Assembly: GCA_049322575.1 (NCBI GenBank) | Contig: JBMORQ010000003.1 | Span: 17,719 to 81,718, forward strand | Reading direction: 5' to 3' | DNA from: Patescibacteria group bacterium | GTDB taxonomy: Bacteria > Patescibacteriota > Microgenomatia > UBA1400 > PJMF01 | DNA length: 64,000 nt | The notes under the pieces: generated by a model | Databases searched by the model: none | Seen by the model: the letters and a program-made list of their open reading frames with translations, nothing else | What the model was told of the DNA's origin: nothing | Made by a program: the position numbers and the translations under genes | In this document: positions 40,522 to 48,400 of the stretch, in pieces | How positions within the stretch are numbered: position 1 is the stretch's first letter | Layout: every line of letters begins with the position of its first letter

Positions 40522-40545
40522 CCTTGTAAAGTCTTTCGTGCACTA

Positions 40546-40575
40546 AGTATTACGTGTTTTTTTTTGCTTTGTCAA
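40546..40575 (-). promoter_or_regulatory. Candidate sigma70 promoter of tasA operon
   Basis: Minus strand TTGACA-17/18 bp (containing A9)-TAATAC/AATACT. Confidence 0.55.
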
Positions 40576-40924
40576 TTAGTGGGTTTGAGTAATTAATATT
40601 TTTTGCCAAGTGAGTCAAAATAGCAAAAAGGCATGATAGATAGGCGTGAGAATCCGATGAGATTTTTATAAGTTTTTTTCTGAGTTTCTGCACTTATGAG
40701 TAAATTATTTAACACAACACTAAAGCCATAGAAGTCTTGTGCGTGAAAAAATGGCAATGACGATTTTGATTTTTATATGATCTTAAAAAACTGCAAAAAC
40801 TCTTTTGTTCAAAAATCCAAAGTCTGAAAAATCCCGAGTTGAGCAAAAGCTAACATAACGCTATAATCTTGGGGCTCTTTATATAATAGTACAATTAAGT
40901 TTTTTAAGCCAAGACAGCAAACTT

Positions 40925-40996
40925 GGCCCCATCGTCTAGCGGCTAGGACATCGGGTTCTCATCCCGGTAACTGGGGTTCGATTCCCCATGGGGTCA
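40925..40996 (+). tRNA. tRNA-Glu (CTC), no encoded CCA
   Basis: GGCCCCA/TGGGGTC acceptor, TCGGG-TTCTCAT-CCCGG anticodon arm, GGTTCGATTCC. Confidence 0.95.
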
Positions 40997-41119
40997 CATC
41001 ATAAAAAAAGGATGCTTTACAGCAACTTTTTTATGATTGATACCGACAAATATATTTTTTCACTTCCCATTCACATCTAAATTACCAACTTGTCTGGCTC
41101 ATCGAGCACGAAGGAAAAA

Positions 41120-41380
41120 ATGAAAGTTCAAGTTTTGGGATCGGGCTGCGCCACCTGCAAAAAGCTATATCAGATTGTAAAAGAATCCATCGTAGAAATG
41201 GAGCAAGACCTGGAGCTTGAATATCTCACAGGAAACGAAGGCATAAATCGAATCATCCAACTTGGAGCGATGAACAGTCCAGTGCTAGTAGTGAATAATA
41301 GAATTGCCATGGTCGGTTTTTCACCAGACAAAGAAAAATTAAAAGCAGCCATTAGAAAAGCATTGGAGGAAACAAAATAA
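41120..41380 (+). CDS. Small redox-active disulfide (thioredoxin-like, MTH895 type) protein
   Basis: MKVQVLGSGCATCKKL, SPVLVVN. Confidence 0.85.
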   Translation: MKVQVLGSGCATCKKLYQIVKESIVEMEQDLELEYLTGNEGINRIIQLGAMNSPVLVVNNRIAMVGFSPDKEKLKAAIRKALEETK

Positions 41381-42357
41381 TGGATGTTTTTGCACCTCTT
41401 CAGGTTTTAGCTGATCGGGTAACTTACAACTTTCTAGGCATCACCCATGATAGTTATTTAGCCGGAGTAGTGAACTTCTGGATTTATGACGTAATTAAAA
41501 TCAGTCTACTGTTGATTGTCATCAACTATTTTATGGCGATCACACGGTATTATTTTCCAGTTGAAAAGGTTAGAGATTTGTTAGCAGAAAAAAAGTGGTA
41601 CGGAGTCAACTACTTTTTGGCAGCTTTACTGGGAGTTGTAACTCCTTTTTGTTCTTGTTCATCTATACCCTTGTTTGTTGGTTTTCTGTCTGCAGGTATA
41701 CCTTTGGGTGTTACCTTTGCTTTTCTGATTAGCTCGCCGCTAATAAACGAGTCATCGCTTTTTTTATTTCCCAGTGTTTTTGGAGTGAGAGCTACAGTTT
41801 TGTACAATCTTTTTGGCTTAGTTGTCGCCATGCTGGGCGGTTTTCTTATTCAGAAACTCAAGCTTGAAAAATATCTTCAACCCAATGTTTTGGTGTTCAC
41901 TGGCAAAAAACAATTACTTGAAAAGTATCAAGGCAAAAGCATTCCTTTTGCTGAAAAAATTAAGCTATGGACAAACGAAATGTGGCAGATTACAAAAAAG
42001 ATCTATCCGTACGTCTTAATTGGAGTAACACTCGGTGCCCTCATCCACGGTCTTATGCCAGAATCGATTATCAGCGACACTTTATCAATATCATCAGGAT
42101 GGAGTGTGCCTTTGGCAGTTGTACTGGGCGTACCTCTTTATGCTAATTCCGTAAGTATCATTCCTATAGTCGAGGCGCTGATAAACAAGGGGGTACCAAT
42201 GGGCACCGCTCTTGCATTTATGACAGCTACAGTTACTTTATCCATTCCAGAAGCACTCATGCTCAAAAAAATACTTAAATGGCAACTTTTAGCTTTCTTT
42301 TTCGGCATAACTATTATAGGTATTATCCTGATGGGTTACTTATTTAACCTTTTATAG
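41380..42357 (+). CDS. ArsP/DUF318-family permease
   Basis: TPFCSCSSIP, FLISSPL, GVPLY, LSIPE. Confidence 0.88.
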   Translation: MDVFAPLQVLADRVTYNFLGITHDSYLAGVVNFWIYDVIKISLLLIVINYFMAITRYYFPVEKVRDLLAEKKWYGVNYFLAALLGVVTPFCSCSSIPLFVGFLSAGIPLGVTFAFLISSPLINESSLFLFPSVFGVRATVLYNLFGLVVAMLGGFLIQKLKLEKYLQPNVLVFTGKKQLLEKYQGKSIPFAEKIKLWTNEMWQITKKIYPYVLIGVTLGALIHGLMPESIISDTLSISSGWSVPLAVVLGVPLYANSVSIIPIVEALINKGVPMGTALAFMTATVTLSIPEALMLKKILKWQLLAFFFGITIIGIILMGYLFNLL

Positions 42358-43692
42358 TGTATTTTCCCTATTCAGAATATTTGCTGCCTTTTCACCTGAG
42401 TCTACCGCTCCCTCCATGGTTGCTAGATACTTCTGCTTTGTATAATCTCCAGCTAGAGTCAAACCAGGGAGAGAGGTCGCTTGAGGAGGCCTAAGTTTTT
42501 CAGATCCTGGGGACAACGAATAGAAATCTGCAGGATGTCGTATCACACGATAGTTTGTCATTGTCTTGAGATTAATGTTGATTTCTTTTGCATCTTCGAG
42601 GGCCTTTTCCAATATTTCTGAGTCTGACAGGTAAATTAGTTCGTCAGCTTTTGCCATAATTGCCGATAAACGTCCGGGTAGGTGTGTAAAAGTTGTTCGG
42701 GCTTGTTCTGCGTAAGAAGCCCACAAGGTATCGGGGCTGAAAACCACTCTGTCTGTGTTGGCAGATGGCTCAGATAACTCAAACTGAACAGTCACAGCTG
42801 GCATAGTTGGCAGAGCAAGTAATTCAGGGAAATGCCTTTTGAGTCCCGGTGTCTGGCGAATAATCGTTTTAGCTCCTGCCAGCGAAGCAGCCAGAATCAC
42901 TTCGTCAGCTACAATCTCTTCATAGCTGAGTCGAACACCTCTGACTTTTTTCCCATCAAAGAGTAGTTGGGTCACTTCACGTTCAGAATCAACTCGTCCC
43001 CCCTGCTTGGTAATGAAGTCAACGATTGGTTCAATCATTACTTCCGTCATACCGCCTCTAAATGCTCCAATCTTCAGTTGATGGATTCGTTTTAGATATG
43101 GTCCTATCGTGCCAAAAAAAACATAACTCGAATAACCCTCAGGAGGTAGAAAAAACAAACCCGTACTGAAGGGAGTTATTATCTTTTTAATGATGTCCTG
43201 ACTTAATCCTTCTCTTGTAGCAAATTCATATATGGAGACTTCGTCTAAAGAAGCAGGTGAAGAAAAGTACTCCTTAAGGCCCTTCACCATAAAATTTGAA
43301 AGAGCAAGTTTCTCGCTCGCTGAGAGAAAATCATTGTTGCCAAGTAATGAGCGTAATGTGTCAACAGGCTGACCTAGCGGAGACAAGGTTAAAATTTGAC
43401 TTGGGCCAGGGTTAGGCAATCTAATTTCAAGCTCATTGACCCATTGAACAACATCATCAACCTGCACCCCAACTTGGTGCAAAAGCCTAGGCAGAATCTC
43501 ATAAAATCCAAGAAAGCGATGTAAACCAGATTCGACAACCATGCCGTCTGCTTCCCATGAAGCAGTACGTCCCCCTATATATGGTTTCGCTTCAACGACA
43601 TGAATAAAAAAACCCTTTTTTATTAAATACACCGCAGCTGAGAGTCCGGCCAAACCCGCCCCAACAATGATTACTTTCTTTCGTCTAGTCAT
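42352..43692 (-). CDS. FAD-dependent oxidoreductase (phytoene/zeta-carotene desaturase or HpnE-like)
   Basis: IVGAGLAGLSAA, GGRTASW..DG..VESGLHRFLGFY, LAGDYTKQKYLATMEGAV; likely start MTRRKK (ORF-track extension is MITE sequence). Confidence 0.85.
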   Translation of the reverse strand: MTRRKKVIIVGAGLAGLSAAVYLIKKGFFIHVVEAKPYIGGRTASWEADGMVVESGLHRFLGFYEILPRLLHQVGVQVDDVVQWVNELEIRLPNPGPSQILTLSPLGQPVDTLRSLLGNNDFLSASEKLALSNFMVKGLKEYFSSPASLDEVSIYEFATREGLSQDIIKKIITPFSTGLFFLPPEGYSSYVFFGTIGPYLKRIHQLKIGAFRGGMTEVMIEPIVDFITKQGGRVDSEREVTQLLFDGKKVRGVRLSYEEIVADEVILAASLAGAKTIIRQTPGLKRHFPELLALPTMPAVTVQFELSEPSANTDRVVFSPDTLWASYAEQARTTFTHLPGRLSAIMAKADELIYLSDSEILEKALEDAKEININLKTMTNYRVIRHPADFYSLSPGSEKLRPPQATSLPGLTLAGDYTKQKYLATMEGAVDSGEKAANILNRENTL

Positions 43693-43723
43693 AAGGCTAA
43701 CTGCACAACCTATTAATCGAATT

Positions 43724-43886
43724 AGACTTGTAGCCAAATAAAACTTTGTAGTGAAAAAACTGATTTTTTTGAACGAAAAGGGTTTTTTTGAGTGAAGTAG
43801 TAGCATAGCTACTTCAAGCAAGAAAAAGAACCTTTGCAGTACTTAAAAGCAGTTTTGTAATAAAACTGTTATTTCACTACAAGTCT
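43724..43886. mobile_element. MITE-like element, copy 2 (~163 bp)
   Basis: Same orientation as copy 1, 3 substitutions by eye, ATT on both flanks. Confidence 0.8.
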
Positions 43887-43898
43887 ATTTCTTGATAG

Positions 43899-44444
43899 CT
43901 ACTTTTCCCGACTGATATTGATCTCTTCGGCGTTGTGTTGAGTCATAATTTCCTCAATCTCGGCGCTTTTTTTCTGAAGATCTGCTGAACTGCCTTTGCC
44001 CGTTTTCTCAGTTTTTCCAGTGGCGTTCTGCTTTTTTGCCGAATCCATCTTCTCCTCCAAACTCACTGCCACCATTACGTCGCCTTGAATAATCCGATCT
44101 TGATAACGCCTGGCTGACTCTTCCGTCATACCCAAATCAACCAGTCCGCCAACTAAACCGCCTGCTAGGGCGCCAAGAGCTGCACCGGTAATACCCCAGG
44201 CTGCCATAAATGGACCAGCAACCAAGAGTGAGCCAACTCCAGGAATGGCTACAGAGGACAAACCTGCTAACAAACCCACAATTCCTCCGACCGCTCCGCC
44301 AGTCATCACGCCAGAAGTCACCTGGCTGTCTTTCTCATCTCTGGCAATCACCGAAATGTCTTCCCCATAACCTTTTTCGCGTAGCTTTTGCACCACCTCT
44401 TTCGCATCCTGTTTGTCGGTAAAAATTCCTGCTATGTACCTCAT
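43899..44444 (-). CDS. General stress protein (YflT/DUF1269-like)
   Basis: DISVIARD, GGAVGGIVGLLAG..IPGVG.LLVAGP, GGLVGGLVDLG. Confidence 0.8.
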   Translation of the reverse strand: MRYIAGIFTDKQDAKEVVQKLREKGYGEDISVIARDEKDSQVTSGVMTGGAVGGIVGLLAGLSSVAIPGVGSLLVAGPFMAAWGITGAALGALAGGLVGGLVDLGMTEESARRYQDRIIQGDVMVAVSLEEKMDSAKKQNATGKTEKTGKGSSADLQKKSAEIEEIMTQHNAEEINISREK

Positions 44445-44548
44445 CTTATCCTTTCTTCAACCCTTAGGGCTGTTTATTAACCTGCCACCTTGAGCACCTT
44501 GGCTGTTCGGTGGCAGGACATTTATTGATGTTGCTTGTCAGATCGGAA

Positions 44549-44920
44549 TCATGCCGAGCTTTTGCTATCGCCTGTCTCACGTCTTTTTCTCTCTCTGACA
44601 TTAATCTGGTTCACCACATCGGTTACGCCACTACTCCAATATGCATCGGCATACGCTAAGGGCTTTGTTCGAGGATTCCTCACCTCACCCCTAAGCGTGA
44701 CAACTCCATCCTTTACAGAGATCGAGATTTTATCGGCGTCGGAATAGGTAATGCCCGGGTCGGTCCGGATATTGTCATAAACCAGATCTTCAATCTCGTT
44801 GTCATCTAGTACAAAATTATTGTTGTAATCATAAAGGTTGTAATCTGTCCAACCTGTCGGGGCTCCCCACCAGTAACTATCCGTGTCACCATAGTCCCAG
44901 TTTCGCCAGTATCTGATCAT
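44549..44920 (-). CDS. BON-domain protein without signal peptide
   Basis: DNEIE..V, ISVKDGVVTLRGEV, GVTDVVNQI; SD AGGAGGTG before ATG 44920. Confidence 0.85.
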   Translation of the reverse strand: MIRYWRNWDYGDTDSYWWGAPTGWTDYNLYDYNNNFVLDDNEIEDLVYDNIRTDPGITYSDADKISISVKDGVVTLRGEVRNPRTKPLAYADAYWSSGVTDVVNQINVRERKRRETGDSKSSA

Positions 44921-45402
44921 TTGTCTCACCTCCTTTCTATTATTTACTGAGCTGACTGCTATGTTTAACAGTAACTCGCAGCAACCTAAGTAGCTTAACT
45001 AAAGCTTGCTCTTAGTATGCCTGTGTCTTAGAGTGTCAGGTTTATGTGTGTCTTAAAGAAAAGGCGTGTAAAGATCGTGTAAGAGGATTAATCGATGTTT
45101 TTAATAGGCAACCTTGCCGATATTGACTGGCTGCCTAAACGAACTATTTAAAAATCGAATTTTCTAACGAAAAACTGATTTTTGTGAGAGAAGTCATTCT
45201 CGAACGCAGAAATGATAAGGCTACTAAGTTTGATCAAACGACCTTAGTATTAATAAAAAGTAGCTTTGTGCTGCTGCTCTCTACACATCCTTTACATCTG
45301 TTAAAAAGGCCTATATATCGCAAAATATACATATTTAATACACTAAAAATCACTTTGATAGGGTTGATAGATCTGGTAGAGCATGATAGTATCAACAAAC
45401 TT

Positions 45403-48219
45403 ATGACAAAAAAACTACTAACCCTCACTGGATTAGCAATTAGCAGCCTTGTGCTTGCCCCAAAGACCTATGCTGGCAACTTGCCAGGTTTTGTCGTCAA
45501 TCACGACAATGTTGAGGAAACAATCGAAAACGGCGACGGTACTCAACGTACACAGGAAATAATCCCTAGCACCTATTTAGATGCTGCACGAAATAGTGAT
45601 ATCTTATTCGGTCACCAATCTGTCGGTCGTGTCATTTCTTACGGCGATGACAACACCTCAAACGGAGGTTTAGATGACTTGGTGAGCATGTATACCAATG
45701 GTTCACGATATCAGATTAATATGGATGGCAATCAGCCAAATGGCCTCCCCGATACAGTTTCAGCAAACTGGTATGTGACAAATAATGGTGTGGGAGAAGT
45801 ATTAATTGGTGACAATTTTAATCCCGTTTCCAAAATGGAGCACTTTGTCAATCTACTAGCTAGATCAGATATTAATCAAAACGTCAAGCTTGCATTAATG
45901 AAGTTCTGCTACGTTGACTTCACTAATTACACCGCAGCACAGGTCTGGAATGAACTCCCCGTCAACGTGGGTAGTACTACTGTATACGGTTACCGCGGCA
46001 TGATGGAGTATCTGGAAACGACCTATCCCAACATCAATTTCGTTTGGGTCACAGCTCCTCTAACTAGATCTAATCCTATTAGTGGCTATGGCACCAATGC
46101 CAATCGTTATGACTACAACACTCTAGTCAGGAACTACACTGCAGCCAACAATAAGGTTTTGTTTGACATTGCAGATATTGAGTCCCACGATTTATCTGGC
46201 AACTATTGCTATAACGCAACTGAGCGTGAGTATGAGTGTGACGGTACCTTGGCAGAAAACTATGTCAATGGTACTGGTCATCCCAACACTTTAGGCGCTT
46301 CTCGACTATCTAGAGCATTCTGGTGGTTAATGGCACGCGCCTCAGGTTGGAACCCTGGCTCATCGAATTATTCGCCTGTTGCCAGTTTCACCAGTAGCGT
46401 CAACGCTGCCTTGGTCCCTGCCACAGTGAGTTTTGATGCCTCGGCTTCTAATGACCCAGATGGCAATATCGTTAGCTATAGCTGGAACTTTGGTGATGGT
46501 AGCACAGGCTCAGGTGTAACTACCAGCCACACCTACACCCAGGCTGGTACTTACCAAGTCACTCTAACAGTCACCGATAATGCAGGAGCAACCGGCACAG
46601 CTTCAACTACTCTAACCATAAGTAGCGAGAACTCTGGCACTGGCGCTTTTAACGAAATAGCTGGTCAAGTTTCAATCGAAGCCGAACATTATCATTCAAA
46701 CCAAGCAGCTTCCAATGGCTCTTGGTCTGAAACAACCACCGTTGCAGCCTTCTCTGGTGAGTCGTATTTGGTGACCCCAGACAATGGCTTATGGAGAAGC
46801 GAGTATCAACTAAATGACTCTCCAATGGTGAGTTACGAGGTTAATTTTAGCTCTCCAGGTACTTATTACCTCTGGGTTCGCACCAATAATCCAAGCAACA
46901 CCAGTGACTCTCTCTACTTCGGAATCGACGGTAGCAGAGTTGGAGCCATGGAATTAAGTAATCTCAACAACTGGGGATGGAGCAGAACGGTTCGCATGAG
47001 TTCTAGCCCTGCGTCTGTCACCATCGGCTCAGCCGGCACTCATTCCATCAATATTTGGATGAGGGAGGATGGAGCAACCGTTGACAAGGTCATCTTAACC
47101 ACCAATGCCTCCTATGTGCCATCAGGCTCTGGACTAGCCGAGAGCCCACGAGGAGAGGTCAATCAATTGCCAGTGGCATCGGCCACTGCTACCCCAACTT
47201 CAGGAAATATTCCACTTGAAGTTAGCTTTGATGCCTCGGCTTCTAATGACCCAGATGGCAATATCGTTAGCTATAGCTGGAACTTTGGTGATGGTAGCAC
47301 AGGCTCAGGTGTAACTACCAGCCACACCTACACCCAGGCAGGCAGTTTCACTGCCACCTTGACCGTCACCGATAACGACGGTGGCACCGCCAACCACACC
47401 ACTAGCATCACGGTGGTGGATCCAAATGCCAACAATCAGCCAACCGCCAGCTTCACCCAGGACAAAACCAGCGGTGTTGCACCTGTTGAAGTAAACTTTG
47501 ATGGCTCGGCTTCAACTGATTCTGATGGCACAATCACCGACTACTCTTGGAACTTTGGTGATGGCAATACAGGATCTGGCGTCACTACCAGCCACACCTA
47601 CACCCAGGCGGGGTCATATCAAGTCACCTTAACTGTGACTGATGATGACGGGGCAACCGCCACCGCAAATCTCACCATCACCGTGACTGTACCCAACGGC
47701 ACGGGGGCTTTTGTTGAGACGGCTGGCAATGTCTCTATGGAAGCTGAGCATTTCATGAGCAATGCCTCAACGACTATCGGAAGCTGGAATGCAGCCACTG
47801 CTCTTGCTTCTTATACCGGTGAGTCTTACATCACTACTACAGACAGCAATGTCTGGAGAAGCGAGTATCAACTAAATGACTCTCCAATGGTTAGCTATGA
47901 GATCAACTTCAGTACTCCTGGTACATATTACCTCTGGGTTCGTACCAACAATCCAAGCGGCACTAGCGATTCTGTCCACTTTGGTCTTAACAACGCTCGA
48001 GTTGGTACCATGGAACTGAGCAATGTCGGCAGCTGGGGTTGGAGCCGAACCCTTCGTATGAGTTCAAGCCCTGCTTCAATTACGGTGAGCAGTGCTGGCA
48101 CTCACACCTTCAATATCTGGATGAGAGAGGACGGAACCAACGTAGACAAGATTATCTTGACCACTAACGCCTCCTACACTCCAAGCGGTGAAGGAATAGC
48201 CGAGAGCAGCAGACAATAA
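45403..48219 (+). CDS. Secreted SGNH-like hydrolase domain + 3 PKD domains + 2 carbohydrate-binding-like beta-sandwich repeats
   Basis: Signal peptide MTKKLL..TYA; FGHQSVG, FDIADIESH, GHPN; PKD motifs YSWNFGDG..HTY x3; EAEH..YYLWVR..MREDG..VDK x2. Confidence 0.8.
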   Translation: MTKKLLTLTGLAISSLVLAPKTYAGNLPGFVVNHDNVEETIENGDGTQRTQEIIPSTYLDAARNSDILFGHQSVGRVISYGDDNTSNGGLDDLVSMYTNGSRYQINMDGNQPNGLPDTVSANWYVTNNGVGEVLIGDNFNPVSKMEHFVNLLARSDINQNVKLALMKFCYVDFTNYTAAQVWNELPVNVGSTTVYGYRGMMEYLETTYPNINFVWVTAPLTRSNPISGYGTNANRYDYNTLVRNYTAANNKVLFDIADIESHDLSGNYCYNATEREYECDGTLAENYVNGTGHPNTLGASRLSRAFWWLMARASGWNPGSSNYSPVASFTSSVNAALVPATVSFDASASNDPDGNIVSYSWNFGDGSTGSGVTTSHTYTQAGTYQVTLTVTDNAGATGTASTTLTISSENSGTGAFNEIAGQVSIEAEHYHSNQAASNGSWSETTTVAAFSGESYLVTPDNGLWRSEYQLNDSPMVSYEVNFSSPGTYYLWVRTNNPSNTSDSLYFGIDGSRVGAMELSNLNNWGWSRTVRMSSSPASVTIGSAGTHSINIWMREDGATVDKVILTTNASYVPSGSGLAESPRGEVNQLPVASATATPTSGNIPLEVSFDASASNDPDGNIVSYSWNFGDGSTGSGVTTSHTYTQAGSFTATLTVTDNDGGTANHTTSITVVDPNANNQPTASFTQDKTSGVAPVEVNFDGSASTDSDGTITDYSWNFGDGNTGSGVTTSHTYTQAGSYQVTLTVTDDDGATATANLTITVTVPNGTGAFVETAGNVSMEAEHFMSNASTTIGSWNAATALASYTGESYITTTDSNVWRSEYQLNDSPMVSYEINFSTPGTYYLWVRTNNPSGTSDSVHFGLNNARVGTMELSNVGSWGWSRTLRMSSSPASITVSSAGTHTFNIWMREDGTNVDKIILTTNASYTPSGEGIAESSRQ
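46432..47339 (+). repeat. 113-bp identical direct repeat (46432-46544 and 47227-47339) in PKD-coding DNA
   Basis: TTTGATGCCTCGGCTTCT...CACCTACACCCAGGC identical in both copies. Confidence 0.9.
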
Positions 48220-48239
48220 TCAAAAAATAAATTGATATT

Positions 48240-48284
48240 AAACCAGCCTATTGTCGGTTCATAACTGACAGGGCTGGTTTTTTT
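48240..48284 (+). terminator. Rho-independent terminator
   Basis: AAACCAGCC...GGCTGGTTT followed by T-run. Confidence 0.75.
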
Positions 48285-48400
48285 GTGGCTTTTTCCCATT
48301 TACAAAGCTTTCTTGATCTGGATTAATCCTATAATAATAAGGATTGACATGTGTATTAGATGAGTTACAATTGCTTTTTACATATTTGATGTGTATCGAT

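Noticed and set aside
40925-44920. tRNA-Glu as integration site of a genomic island
   Set aside because: No integrase and no duplicated tRNA 3' end (att site) found downstream
45184-45402. 73-aa N-terminal extension of the PKD protein
   Set aside because: A signal peptide begins at ATG 45403; upstream sequence looks like promoter DNA
46432-47890. Internal repeats as possible DGR template/variable repeats
   Set aside because: Copies are identical or differ at synonymous sites without adenine-specific bias, both are in-frame domains, and no reverse transcriptase is in the window
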